DNA of 64,000 nt from Takakia lepidozioides (Eukaryota; Plantae; Bryophyta), in the NCBI GenBank assembly GCA_030704615.1, contig CM060731.1, positions 3,906,001 through 3,970,000 of the forward strand, written 5' to 3'. The position numbers and the translations under genes were made by a program. Below the pieces are notes generated by a model. The model did not search any database and was not told the origin of the DNA. It saw nothing but the letters and a program-made list of their open reading frames with translations. Shown here one piece after another: positions 24,628-38,646 of the stretch (positions within the stretch are counted from its first letter, which is position 1; each line of letters starts with the position of its first letter).

Positions 24628-26513
24628 TCAATCCAACTCAATAATTTTGACAACAGACGAGTCTCCAACTTTTTGGCATACCACGATTCGATCATGTGCC
24701 TTAACAATGCCTGCTGCTTTTCCATGATCCAGGGCGACCTGCATAAGTTGAAAGCAACAAAGCATCAGTTGAAATGCAAAAAGGAAACATCCTAAGCATT
24801 CATGCTTGTGGAGCTACCTTGTGCAAGTGTGAGGGGAAAGACAGCCCTGTAAAGTGCCCATCCACTAGACACCTCCCTGTTGACCATCGCAAAGTTGCAA
24901 GCCTTTCAGACATGGTAGGCGTGGAATTCCAGTAGACGTACAATCTCAACCACCTCACCACATGCCCTTTTTCTTTTGAACAGTTGATGTCATGAACAAA
25001 AAAGGTGATTATGAACACTCATGCTTTGGGTGGATTTTATTACCTTCAAGATAGACTCATTTGTAGTGCTAGCAGTTTCAGCTGTATGTCGAGGGTCCGC
25101 AAGCATGGGGAAAAGTCCTCGGACAACAAGACATTGCCTGGCCTGGAAGGCTCCAGTGAAGCTCCATCGCAAATGATTTGTAGTAAGCCTTGGAATCACT
25201 ACACAGAGGACTGGCATCGTTGGCCTGTACTTGGCAATCAAACGGGCAGCCCGTCCAGATGACGTAAATACCACAATGACGGAAGCCCTAACTTTGGTGG
25301 CAGCTCTGACAGCGGACGACGCAATAGACTCCAGATGCTGCATCGGTTCCCCAACATACTTCACTGTTCTCTTGAAATAGACAGCTTGATTGTACACCTT
25401 TTCTGCCTCAGCACAGATCCTGCGAATAGTGGTTATAGTTTCCACAGGGTAGAGGCCCCTGAGAGTCTCAGCTCCAAGCATGATGCCATCTGTTCCATCA
25501 AGAACTGCATTAGCGACATCGGTTGCTTCGGCGCGTGTTGGCCGGGGGTTGTCAACCATAGAGTCCACAACCCGAGTGACAATTGCCGGCTTTCCTGCCA
25601 TGTTGCACTTGTGCAGAGCTACTTTCTGAAATAAAAACACTTTCTCCGGTGGAAGATCGATTCCAAGGTTTCCACGGGAGAGAATAACGCCATCAGCCTC
25701 CTTCAGAATCTCATCAAAATGCGCCAAGCCCTCATAGTTCTCAATCTTGGCGAAGATTTGTGTCTGGGAGAGATCCCCTAGCTTTGTCAAATGAGCACGT
25801 GCCTCCCGTACATCATCGGCATGCCGGGTGTATGAGAGAGAAAGAAAATCAATCTGATTGCGCACTCCCCAGTTGGAGATTACCTTCTTATCAAAATCGC
25901 TCAAAGTCGGGAGACTGATACGGACTTGGGAAACATGCACCGTGAAGAGAGTACCTGTAAGAGTTGCAGTATTTTTTACCTGGCACACAACCTCGGTTTC
26001 GTGGATCTCGGTCGCCTCAAGCCAGACAGACGTGGTCTCACTCCCTGTGAAGAGGTACTGTCCAAGAAAGATAGTGTCCCCTACCTTGACAGCCGAAGCA
26101 AGATCAGGAAAATTAACCGGCAGCACTTTGGATGATGCATCCAGGGTCTGGTCTCCAGTTAGGACTATCACGGCCCCCTCCACGAGCTCAATAGATGCGT
26201 CCTTGGTGTTCACAACATAGAGCTCCGGCCCAACTGTATCCAACATCACGGCGCAAAGTCGACGAGTACGCTTCACGGCCTTCTTCAGATTCTCCAGAGT
26301 CTCCTGATGATATGCATCATCTCCCCACGAGAAATCAAAGCGGGCAACTGACATGCCGGCATTGAGAAGCGCCTCAATGGTCTCTACAGACCGCGACTGA
26401 GGGCCGAGAGTTCCAATAATCTTGGTCAAAGCTGAGAAGGCAGACGGCGCCGAAGGCTCCAGTATGGAGGCCAGCCGTATGGGCTCCTCCAGCAACAACT
26501 GTGCAGCCTGCAT
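24628..26513 (-). CDS. PK: Cytosolic pyruvate kinase (526 aa, plant 527-aa-type clade); exons 26513-25044 and 24738-24628
   Basis: [78 protein letters not shown] intron (25043-24739) joins ESILK to [20 protein letters not shown]. Confidence 0.96.
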
Positions 26514-27856
26514 GGTGCCTCCCTTTTCTTACACAAACACCTTCCCCCACCTCTCCCGACTCCCTCAATCACCTCCCTAGATCACTGAGAAGCTGAAATC
26601 ACAGCAAGTTGTGCCAAACATCCACAGATGTTATGTTCCCACCTTTGCCCTGAAATCTCTCACCAAATTCTCACTCTCTCTCGTCTCTCTCCCCCCCCGC
26701 ACAAGACTAGGGTCTGCCGAGCCACTCGACTCCCTTTCTCGTTTTCCTCCCTCTTCTCCTTTTCGGGCTCTAAAAGTATATTAACGCCAAAAACGGCGAA
26801 ACCTCGCACAACGGCTTTTTCGCCCAGCCTGAGGTTTTGTCAACTCCAGGTGTCCGTGCTTTTATTTCTGGCGCAATTTCGCACTTTTTCGATCTCAACA
26901 AAACAAAAGTCTGAAAGGGGGTTAATTTTTCCCCCTCCTCAAGCCCTGGCCTGAATTGTGAGCAGTCGCTCCCAGGTTGTTGAAAAAACAAAAGACAAAC
27001 AAAAACAAAAGCATACTCTGTCGTATATTCCCTATTTTCTCATGGATGAAATCGCCAAACTTCTCCAAAAAATATATAAATCTTGTATGCATTCGCCTAA
27101 TATGGATGATATACATGGATGAAAATACAGATGAGGATTATTCTGTCCAAATTAAGTGGATGAACAGAAAATATGGCTATTTCCCGAAAAACTCAGTAGC
27201 CACTCCTGTAATTCTCTAAATTTGGAGAAAAAAACACGGACCGAGTCTAATTTGTTTTTCTTTATTTACTTTTCCTTAAAAGGAAACCTCTAAATGTCTA
27301 AACTGTCTAGAATAAATAAATAATAAAAAATCTACCCACCAACCTAGGCTCAGGGCCGCAAACCCTAAACCCTCTACTTTAATAATCGGAGTTAGACATG
27401 ACAGGGCATGGCATCTTTCTAGCATCTTGCAGGGACATGGCATCTTTGACCCGAAAAAAGGAATCGTTCTGGCGTAATCCGCCCAGTGGTTCTGGGCTCG
27501 AATCCTGGACCAAGAAAACCAAAAGAGGCACACACAAGGCAGACATGGGTCATGGTGCAGGAATTTATTATTGTAGTGACATCTTTCTTTGAAAACCATT
27601 TCCAGGCAGTTAGTAGTCTACACATTATTTGAGATGAAATGAGGTGAAGTGGAAGCCTTGTAAGCACTCCGGGCCTGTTTACAGTGATTACTCAAAAAGT
27701 GCTAAAGAGAGGGATTAGAAGTGGAGTAGATTCATATCCTTGGTAATGCTTCCTACCATGTCCGGCAAATGCCGTAACTAACAGATTCATACATGTAAAT
27801 GCTGTCATCTCCCTTTTGGGTCTGTATAGAAGATTAATGAGTGTGTTGCCCAGGTC

Positions 27857-28280
27857 TCAATTCAGTGTCTCCCCGCAGATCTCGTAGTATGCAGGACAGC
27901 AGAAGATATAGTGGTGCGCTGTATCCACTTCCTGCAACGTGCAGACTGGACGGATTGCAGCCTCTTGCGTATGAGTTTTAGACCATTTCCTTGTTTCAAT
28001 CAGCACCCTATGAGAGCTGACTCGAAGCACAGAAGGGGCCTGCATGAATGCTGAGAAAAATTACCCCGTGTTAGGAAGGCATGATCATGCACTTATCCTG
28101 ATTTGCAAGGTACCTGTTCTTCATTGTCATAAGGGGCTTTGGTTCCTGTGAGACTCCAAAAGCCACTAGCCATGCCACTGCTATGCTTCTTTCAACCATG
28201 TAGGGCACCGTCCACTACAAAAACCATTGCCACAGGCCCCGGATTTGCGAAAGCTTGTTTGACTGTGAGTTGAAGGTAAG
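27857..28280 (-). mobile_element. LINE 3' remnant
   Basis: LRVSSHRVLIET..W..RPVCTLQEVDTAHHYIFCCPAYYEI is a typical LINE ORF2 C-terminal zinc knuckle. Confidence 0.65.
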
Positions 28281-28286
28281 ACGACC

Positions 28287-31200
28287 TCAAGGCAACCTTC
28301 TTATTGTTGAATCAGGGGGTTGAACCTCCTTCATAGAATCTAAGGCCTCTTTCCACCGATTATTTGCTAAACCCCACTCATAGAAGCTCCTTCCAATCAC
28401 CTGTTTCCAACTCACCCAGTTATAAGTTTGAAAATGTTGTAGGTGACGCTGACCAACCCACGCACAGCGCCTACTTCAACAAAGCCTACTACAACGAAAG
28501 TCTGCATACATCTCTTCTGGGACGACCCCAGAAATCCCAATATAGTGATTGGAAGTGTTTCAAGGAACTTGGATACGAAGGCATACCTCCTCACGCTTCT
28601 GTTTGCTGTGTGACCCTGCCCCCTGCCCATCCCCAAAAACGAAATAAAAGTCTCAGTAAAACTGACCAAACAAGATTTCTCCTTAATCTGTAATGTTGAT
28701 AGAACTTGTGAGCCTGGCAGATTGTATGAGGAGAAACAGATCAATTATACAGCCACAGACAGAGCAGGGAGGAAAGGGGACAGAATTTGCCATCCAATGG
28801 TTAACTAACTATTAGTACAAAGCAGTTTCACTTGCCATCCCCTGACATTGGTCACTGCTGCAAAGTTCGAGTTGGATCAATAAACAGTCATGCAAGGACA
28901 TACTGCAAACCCAGAGTCAATCTCACATTCATACCTTACTTTTCACACATATGCTGAAAATCCTGTGTGCCTGAGCTTTTCCATTTACAAGGTAAAAGAG
29001 TTTAGCTGACCTGTGAGCCTAGTGATGCCACACTTTTATGCTCCACCCATTGCGTATCGACGATCCCTATGTGCTCATGAGGGGGTCCATCAATGCACAC
29101 TTGTAACCGGAAATCAAGACCCCAGGCAAGCACCAGATCATTCTGCACCCACCTGCCTTTGTCAAAAATAATATCAAGAAATTTGGGATCTCTGCAACAT
29201 CCCCTTCCTCTATATTTCTTGTTTTTGAGGTGGCGAGGAAAGGGGGAACCACTCCAGAGAAAAAATTGTAGAACCAAAAACTCAATCTCAACATTAGCAA
29301 GCAAAAATGTGACAGCCAGTATGCAGTGAACCACCTCGAGTGCAGACACACTGATCAAGCAAAACCACCTTCCAAGAAAAGAAAACCCAGAAAAATGAGA
29401 GGTGACACCTGACTCTCTCTGGGCATTCTGCTACTAGTCCCCTCAGCGTCCCCCCCCCCAAGCTTCTCATGGAAGTCATAAAGTTTAATCTTACAGCCCA
29501 AGTACTTGTTTGTCTCTCCCTCTCCAGCTATTGTAAGGGCATTGGATGATTCAGCTATAGCCTGAAGATAGAGACCAGCAGATGGGACTAGCTGCAGCCT
29601 GGCGAATGCCTTTGTCTGGCTTGCGCTAGACCGAGACAGGTGAAGAATCTTCTTTCACTGTCCTCTCTACTAGGAAATCCCGGGCCACATGATGCCTACT
29701 CAGAGACCCAATCCCTGCATAGAGCTGTCCCAGTATGAGGATTGGGGATGTCTTGCTGCGGTTCTCCATGAGGTTCTCCACCATGGGGAATCTCTCGAAG
29801 TTGAGTTGTATTTCTTCTGCTTTGGTGGCTGCTTGTTGTGGACCCCACTTTTCTACTTTCCATTGTCTCATAAGCTCTTTAAGCTTCGTGTGGAAGGTAT
29901 GGAGTTTCTTTCTTGCTTGCTTTCTATCTCCTACTTCCATGCTTAGGGCTGCCAATGAGGGGCCAAACTTCGTGTCCATGACCACTAGCCCCCACTTCAA
30001 TTCAATCTTACATGCATAGAGACATGTTGAGGCAGAGGAAGACACTTCAGCAATGGTTGCTACCTATACAGGCAAGACAGCAAGTAAATTAACATGAAAT
30101 CCCCCACAGAGATCAGAGAGGTCAACTTCTAGCAGCTTGGAAGCTTCAATCTTGAACCTAAATATAAAAGGCTACCTGGATAAGATGCCAGACACAGTGC
30201 CAAGCTTTCTGATTGAATACAGGCGCCATTATCTCCACAAACCTGTTGAAAAAAGCACTCCAACAATGATCATTCTGACACAGTGGACAGCAACTTCCCT
30301 TACTGCAAGTTAAGGATCTTGCACCTGGGTTTTGCATCCCCTGGTAAAGTGCAGACCAGGGATCTGCATAATACGTGTTCAGATCTATACAAATTTGGGG
30401 TCTCCTCTTCTCCTTCGACTTCAACATCTTCACCATGAAACTCTCGTATATATGCAAAAAAGGAACTTGTCCCTTCAATGCAGATAAAGGAGGAAAAACA
30501 TCAAAAAACACATGAGATCTTGATTGTTGTTCCTCATACCCAGCACATGGAGGCTTGTTATTGTCAGCTGTGCAATTGTCCCCTAGATTCTCCCAAGGCG
30601 TGCGTTTGTGCACCTCCTTTCCAGTCCACCACTGACGGACTGTTATTGGCCAGCTTTCATGTCCCTCCACAGCTGGCTGTGAGATATGCAACCCATGCCT
30701 TTTCACGATGTTCAAGTATCTGCCACACAACCAGGTGGTAATTTCAGTATACATGTATCCATGCAACTGCCAAGCAGTTACTACACCAACATCTGCCAAG
30801 CAACCAATTAGATGGTAATGTACAACTCCAGCGTATTTAGTATTGGCACGTGAACTTGCTTGCATGGCCAAAAGGCAACAGTCACTGTGATTGGAAGATT
30901 CAATCTTAGAGACAGCATGGATTAGTAAAATCCATTGCCTTTACCCATACGGATGTGATGCAAGATATGAGAAACTCAAACAGAGAGCCTGTGCATAGCT
31001 CTGTAATCATTGAGAAAACTGGCACTAGCCACATCTTAATGGAGCCCTTAAGTTCTGCCAGTAGTTTAATAAGCTTGGCAATTCAGCATTCAGGCCAGGT
31101 ATTGCACAATAGACTGTAAATCTCCTCACAGCTTGATGTTTTGTTGATGAACATATGTTTTACAGTAGCCCTCTCTCAACCTATGTGTGTGTGTGTGTAT

Positions 31201-34200
31201 CTCTAGGTTGATTCTGTGTTGTTCTGCTTTGGGCCTCCTGTGCATGTTGTAAGTTTTGTTTGTTTCCCTTTCCCCTTGTCCCATGGACCCTTGTGGCCAT
31301 CAGTGGGCATTACAAACCTCCGTTTTCCTGTCTTTTTCCTCCACATAATCTCTGGGGCCACATTATGACTGCTGCAATCAACATCATGAAGACTAGTATA
31401 ATATCAATGTTCACTCCTGGAACCAACACTCAATTTTATCAATCTGAGGAGTGAAGGGCTGAAAAACCCACTCGAGTGGATCAAAATTTTGTACGCCCAG
31501 GTCTTCATCCCACAAAAAGATGTTTTCATATGGCTGAACCACATCTGGATGGAGAAAGCGCTTTGCAAACCACCTGCAATAAAGTAAACCTGTTTACTTT
31601 TCAACATCCATTTCAAAAACCAACAATTCCAACAAGTATGTGATACCTTCCAGCAAAAGGCAACTTCTGAAACATGATTCCATGAAAACATAGGGTATCT
31701 AAACCTCAATTGATGAGTTTCATGGAGACATTACTGTCCAGCACCTAGCCGTCGAGCGACTTTTTGGGGGGCTATAAGCTTCTCTCTCTCTCTCTCTCCT
31801 CTAGGAAGCCTGTTGCCATTGGGTGGACTTGATACGGGAGTACATAGATGTCTCAGAGACTGAATGCCGGCCTTGTGACCCCGTGTCTTTTGTTTTTACC
31901 TGAAGCGCTTTGCTTCAGGTAAGGTAGTGCATTGGATTTAGTTGGAGAGTTTGGGGCCTCTCCCTCTTTAGAATATGCCTACATGGACCATTCCCTGCAG
32001 CTCCCTGGAGTGTAATCTCTGAATGGTAACAAGCGGACCCCTACGGCTTGGGGGCAGCCCCTCCACCCAAATTGGGCAGTTGTATGCTGTTGACTGGCAG
32101 ATGGGAAAACCTGCAACGGGAGGACCGCCTATGTCCAGCTTGCATAGGGCGCAGCAAGGAAATTGAAACTGAAGAACACTTCTTCTTCCGTGGGAGATTC
32201 CACTGTTTATTCAGTGGAACCCAAACTCTCACTGATGTCTTCCACTATGAGGATCAAAAATGCTTGGCGGCCTATCTGCACGAGGCCTTCACCCTTAGAC
32301 AATCGCTAGAACATTAATTGTGGTTTCTGGATTTGTTCCTCTCTCATGTTTTCTTCCATTTTGTCCCATAAGCTCTATGAGCTTTCCGCAGACGTTATAA
32401 AGCACCATTTCATTTCATTTCATTTCATTTATGCTCTGTCTAGCATACTCGGCACTTGGGCTAGGTTTGGTCCTTGTGCTTAAACTTATAGCCTGCAAAT
32501 TCTACCAATACATTACCTCTTATCAATATTAACACTACCCAGGGTAATTCCTGGGAATTGGTTACTTATGCCAAACCTAGGGCTTCAAGTACAGTTTTTG
32601 GGGTAAATCCCAGGATGGACGATGTGTCCTTCAAAACTTCATGCTCCAGCTTAGGCTTGGATAATATGGCTAATGGTTCCATCTCGAGACTTGATAACAG
32701 AGGTACTTTGAAGGTTGCAATGCCCAAAAATGCTACAAATAGAGTCTCACATCAACTCAATCTCAAAGAAGTTCATCCCTTGGCTGGCTGGAGAGCGGTC
32801 TGAGACATTGGTAATTCAATGAGGCGCTCTAGGAAGACAACCAAGGGCAGGACTTCAACTTGAAGTTTCTAACAGGTTTTGATGCACTGGATGAGGTTGA
32901 TTCCAAGCAGTCAGACAGACAAACTGACCCTAAGAGTGCTGAGCCTGAGCGTCGTGTGACTGTAGGATTTGGTACTCTGAATGGTAAACCAATCCTTAAA
33001 GTTTACACAAGACGAGCAAAATCTACACACCGGGTAATTGTCCCCCCTTTGCAGAACGGTTGGCCGTCCAGGAGCAACCATAGGCTATCTAGGCGACAAA
33101 CAATTCATATGCAAAGGGCTGCGCGGCTGGGCACTTTCAATCTCTCAGGGCTGACTAACCAAAGGAAACAATTCGAAGTGAGACAATTCTTCGGGCAAAT
33201 GATATTCGTATCTGTGATGGGCAAGAGACATGGGAAACTTCGGACAAACTGGTTGGAGATGTCAATGGTTACAAGTGCTCTTAAGGCGGCCTCTGCCAAA
33301 CATGGTCGAAAAGGGGTTGGCTTCTTTGTCCTTGTGTGACAATTGTGAAATTATCAACAAGGGTTTGTGGTATGAGCACAGTATCTGGCTAAAACTGAAA
33401 TTGAAGGGCGGCGTGAATACGAAGGACCTCCTTGTAGGTTGTGTGTACCTGCCCACAGAGGGGACCCTTAGTGCTGACGCAGACAAAGCCTTCGAAGACG
33501 TAAAGCTGGACTGTGCTAAGTTCCTCGCCAAAGGTCAGGTGGTCTTATTGGGTGAACTTCAATGCCAGGGTGGGCAAAGGTCTCCATCAGGATGATACCA
33601 TTGGGCCTTTTGGTGAGGACGAGCTGATTTCTAATGGTAGACAGTTAATAAACTATCTGGAAGAACTTCAGCTTTTGACCTTGAATAATAGGTCAAAAGA
33701 AGACCAAGTGCAGTGGACTCGTGAGAAAGCCACCGTTCCATTGTGGATTATATCATAATGGACAAAAATTTGTTTCCCCAGAGTGCCAATAAATTGATCG
33801 ACAGAACTGATATTGGTACATCTGACCACGTCCTGGTTTGGACTGAGATCAAAAGGTGTTTTCCCAACACCTAGATATCTGTGAAACATTCAATTCGGAA
33901 GTGGCACATAGAAAAATTCCAAAATGAAGAGATCCAGGCTGAGTATGTCCAGGCCTTGCAAGAGGCTCTCCCTCATTTTGTCCACTCGCTCCAAGCCCTT
34001 CAGTCTCGCTCTGGCAATGCAAGAAATGAAGTGAAAAGAGCAGTGGATTCTTGGGGGAGTTTCGTCTCCTCTCCTCTATGGCTGAATGCACTTGGCAAGA
34101 TATTTTGCAGAGTTATAAGTACTCGTCTCGAGGTTGATCTGGAATCTAGAGGTTGTTTCCACGAAGGCCAAGGCTTTTGGCGAAACAAGGGCTGTGTGGA

Positions 34201-37200
34201 TCATATCTTCACTCTAAGCCAGATTGTCCAGGGAAGGAAGAAGAAAGGAAACCCACTTGTGTATTTTTGTTGGATGTCAAAAAGGCTTATGTGGAGAGAC
34301 GGTCTATGGCTCCGACTGGTCATGTGGGATCAAGGGAAAGATGTGGAGAGTGGTCCATAACTTGTATGCTCACACCAAAAGTTGTGTCACTGTTAATCGA
34401 CCGAAGTCTAACATAGGTGTAGCTCAAGGATGTACCCTCTTCCCTCTGCTCTTCAAGTTTTCATCAATCAACTCCTCGAGGAGGTGGACAGTGAGGGATT
34501 TGGGTTTGTGGTTGATGCCACCATACCAGCCCTTATGTTTGCAGATGACTTCCCAGGCATAAGGGAGACTCCTTCCAATCTCCAGGAGTTGATTGATTGC
34601 GCGAAGAGATACTTCGACCTTTGGGGGATAGAGGCTAACGTCAGCAAATATGCAGTGGTGGGATTCAACGACCAAGGGGAGGGAGGAGGTGATCTCAAGT
34701 GGCAGTGGGGAAGCCAAGAGATTCCGGTCCTCCATTCCTACACATACCTTGGCGTTGAGTTTTCCTCCAACTGTAATTGGGATGCACACATTCAGAAAGT
34801 TGTTCAAACTGGCAAGCGCAAAGCGCTGGGTCTCACTAAATTTTTCCACTGCAGAGGGATCAACTCTGAGGTCATGCTTTGTCGCATTATTAGACCTGCC
34901 TTGGGGTACGCATCTGCAATATGGGTTGATAACTCCAACCAGGCTAAGTCTCTAGAATCCATTCTGGTGGGGGTGCTTAAGGAGTCCTGGCGGAAGAGAA
35001 TGTACTCATAAGACGTTGTTTGCCGTAGCCTTGTGGCCATGGACCCCACGCCCAGTTTGAGCGGAAACCTGGCGGATGAGAGAGTAGAAGAGAATCTCAA
35101 GAATCTGAATCTCAAGGATCTGAATCTTAGCCCGCAAGTCTTGACCCCGTTGAATAAATCTTACTTGGAGGCTGTAGTGTCCAAAGTCATGTCTGTTGCC
35201 AGGAATTTGTCTGATGAAAATGACGTTAGGCAGAAAACTTCTGTGAACTTGTTTCCAGTCTGTGACATGGGGGAGGCCATCATGGATGACCTCAAGGGTT
35301 TACCCAAGTTTAAACTCAGGGCGGGACACCTACCTTTGAACAGCAAACAGAAGCAGAGAGGAAAGGGGGATTGCAAATGCCCGTTGTGTGGGAAACCTGA
35401 AGACAATATTCATTTTCTGATTCATTGTCCTGGGTACTCTCACCAGAGAGACGCCCTCTTCAAATCCATCAAGGGAATTTGTACCTCTGTTTACCAACTT
35501 TGAAAGTCTTGAGGCTGAGCCAAAAGCCCAGGCCCTTTTGGGGCCTAGTTATTGGGCAAACCACACACAGCAGATTGATGCTTGTGTAAAGGGATTTCTA
35601 GAGGATATCTGGAAAACTCGGATCAATTGTCTGTTCCAAGGTAAGTCATACTACAGGCAACAGCCCCTGGCAAAGGTAGTTTCTGTCCCTTTGTGTTCCG
35701 CTCAAGCTGGGCACGGGGTCAATGGCCACAAGGCTACGGCAAACAGCGTCTTATGAGTACATTCTCTTACACAAACACACTTAATCACACGGAAAGAGAT
35801 ATACCACTTCGATTGGGCAGTACTTTGAATGTGAATAACACGCTCATTCCACTCGAAGTGACCCCACTCATTCACAGCATTGTCGTAGTGAAACAGCAGC
35901 ACCGTAAAGTTTTCCTTAGGAAACTGCAAGCAAGAGAAGAGCTACTCGAGTCAATAGAGCCCACTTTGCACTTCGAGCAGTTAAGTGATACCAGCAACGT
36001 ATTTGAGCTCCTGAATCTCTCTTAGCCTAAGTAATCCCTTTCAAATGAAAAAATTACACACCTTTTGAATCATCGCATTGACACTAGCATTCTGCTTGAT
36101 GCCCACTGCTATCGCAAGCAAGTTCTTTGGCGTCACCTGTAGATCCTGCGATCTTACACAAGTGATGTGAGTAACAAAGAGAAGGGACAGTTGAAGGATG
36201 GAACAGGGCCAGCAGGCGGCCTCTAGGATAGGTCTACATTATTCACATTGTACGGAAGGGCGCGGTAGACATTTCCAGAGGACCAACCTGCTCAGGAATA
36301 CCAAAGAGCCGCCTGTGGTAGTAGTCTGTTGTTTTCTGAACGTAACCACTGGGGAGTTGGTCCACTAAAGATGGAGGGCGGCAAATCCATCCACTTTTAT
36401 TACAGGGCGCCTCTTCGCATGGAGAAAGCTTTACCTCTGTTGCATTCAACGGGATTTGGGGCTGCAACCTCGGATTCAACAAATCTGTGTCGTTGCTCTT
36501 CGCTTCAAAATCGTGCGAAGAATTGAATGTTATCTTTGCCAGCTGATCGCACTGTAAAGCGTGTGTAGTCCCTGTCTTGTGCACATTGTCCTCGAATACC
36601 TCTCGCGAGTTTTTATATGCAACCTGTTTTAGACCTCTTTCGAAGTTATACCAAGATTTCGTACCACATACCTGCAGCATTTGACCCAAAAAAAATTCAA
36701 ATGCATGGAAAGCAATTGCCGTTTGCTACTCCATGCCTCCAAGAGCCAGGTTTAATCTAGAGGATGATGTAAAATATCCGTGAGGTTGCAGGACATGGCT
36801 AGTAGCCCTTCTACATCCTACCCGATCTTGATCTGACCACCTGCGCTCATGCTGCTGCAGGTCCCGGCAGCAACATCCCAGTGGAAGAGCACTGGCCATC
36901 TAAACCCACATTGTGCAAGAGAACTTCGTAGCTAGAGTAAGAGGGCAACCACAATTTATGTAACAGAATCTTCGCACATCACTCGTTAAAAGAAGCGTCT
37001 TCACAACGAATCCGTGAGTGAGACACGAAGAGGATCCAATTGATTAGGTGCCGCAAATGATTCCCTACTTAAGACAAGGGTCGAGGAGGGGGTGGGGAAG
37101 TGGAGGCGTACCTCGTTAAAGGTGAGGCCACTTAGAAAACCAACATAGAAGACCGTCAGAACAAGAAGGAGATGTTGCAAGGACGGTTTCAGTACAAATT

Positions 37201-37219
37201 GAGCTGGTATCTTCTGCAT
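28287..37219 (-). CDS. DUF707 family type-II membrane protein, about 10 exons
   Basis: Exons about 37219-37112 (TM helix), 36671-36288 (LPSGYVQKTTDYYHRRLFG), 36145-36062 (NLLAIAVGIKQ), 35923-35805 (FTVLLFHYD..QSKW), 31573-about 31474 (WFAKRFLHPDVV..IFLWDEDLGV), about 30720-30540 (GLHISQPA..PPCAG), about 30243-30176 (FVEIMAPVF..AWHCVWHLIQ), about 29142-29011 (NDLVLAWGLDF..IGIVDTQW), a short uncertain exon near 28600, and 28400-28287. Confidence 0.88.
31950..32430 (+). mobile_element. 5'-truncated LINE 3' end with (CATTT)n tail, inside a DUF707 intron
   Basis: TGRWENLQREDRLCPAC..IETEEHF followed by ATAAAGCAC(CATTT)5. Confidence 0.7.
33100..35760 (+). mobile_element. Degenerate LINE (APE endonuclease, RT, Cys knuckle), antisense within a DUF707 intron
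   Basis: RLGTFNLSGL, GRKGVGF, LVGCVYLP, VLLGxFNARVG; GFWRNKGCVDHIFTL, FLLDVKKAY, GVAQGCTL, LMFADD; CPLCGKPEDNIHFLIHCPGY. Frameshifted, with internal deletions. Confidence 0.9.
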
Positions 37220-38646
37220 TTCAGCTCATCCTACACACTCTCTCTCTCTCCCCCTCTCTCCTACACTCTCTCTCTCCCTCCCTCTCTCTCTCTCTCTCCC
37301 CCCTTCTACTTGCAGGCTCTCACGATGTGCCTGGGCATGTCAGGAGGTCCAGGAGGTAAAGGTGAGTCCGAAACGGCTTAAACCCCTCCCTCCAACACGA
37401 CGATCAAATGAAGGAGAAAGGACAAGCAACGAAATTGTAGAGTGTGCCACCTTTGGCCTCCCTTTTCCCCCACGCCTGAATACCATTAAAGTCTGGTTAT
37501 CAACCAGGCTTGTCAATAATTGTTTGTTGGCGGCTACTTAAAAAGGGCTCGGGCCTCTGGAATCTGGATAATCTTTCACTTCCAGGCTCCATCCTCACGC
37601 ATACCGATGCCAAATTTAGCGGACAAGTTAGTTACATGCCGCCTTTTCCGAGCCGGTAGAAGGATCATCACCACCACCGTCATCCCCCGAGTCCCTGAAA
37701 AGGTTTTCGCTGCTGCAGTAGTAAGTTATGGGCACATTTCATCATCAGAAATCCCAGGTAGATATATGCATCATGCTTCCGCATCCCCAATATGTCCTGC
37801 CAGAACAAGCCAGACGAGCATTAATGGCAATATTGATGTCCTAGCTCCAACCGGTCAGCGTGGAAGGCGCGTATTAGAGGAGGCACAGCTTGATTATCGT
37901 GTTGCCTCCTGTAGTCAGGCCTCGCTGGCCGATCTTCCGGCGTGAACTCAGGTTTCGCTCACATCTCCCAGGTGTCCGAGACCTGCCGATCACTGCAGCA
38001 AGGTCTACCTGTGGCAGCACGCGTGGGCCATGGCCATGGCGGGCACGGGTAGAGCCAGGCGGGGCGGCACTGCCTGCGTCGTCGCTGCTGGCCATCTCCC
38101 CACGCGCCGAGTCAACACCGCACTCATGTCCTGCACTCTCTCTAATCTGAGCTGCACGACCACCACGCTGGCGGATGGATGGCATCCTTGTGTGGATGTG
38201 TTTGGTGGACTTGGATGGATGTGAGCATCTACAGGTGCAGGGTTGCACGGACCATCCAGGTTGCTTCTGTCCTTCAATTTTGTTACTATTTTGTTTTTTA
38301 ATAAAGGGGATGAAGCCCGATATTTTTGTTACTATTTAAAGTTGCTGCTCTACGTGAAAAACTTGCCAACGCCTTTTTTTTATTTTTTAAAAGAGAAAAC
38401 TTCCATCCCATAGCATGATACATCAAATATTCGTGGAGAGTATGTTTTACCCACTGCCCACAACATTGGGCAACATCCGTCAAAGATTCTAAGCCGCAGG
38501 GAAGAGGCTCTTTTTTATTTCTTTTTCTTTTTCTTTTTCCTTTTTTTTTAGTTAGACTGGTTTGAATACTCCATTTACATGCTTCATTGCTTCCCCAGTT
38601 GCACTCATGAGTGTTCAATGAAGCAGGAGTGGGGAGTGATGGCAAC

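Noticed and set aside
24990-25043. ORF-track C-terminus of pyruvate kinase (VIKSTQ..LFCS)
   Set aside because: Read-through into the intron; the true end is exon 24738-24628.
29626-30045. 139-aa ORF within a DUF707 intron
   Set aside because: Not required by the DUF707 alignment and has no recognisable motif; probably a captured fragment.
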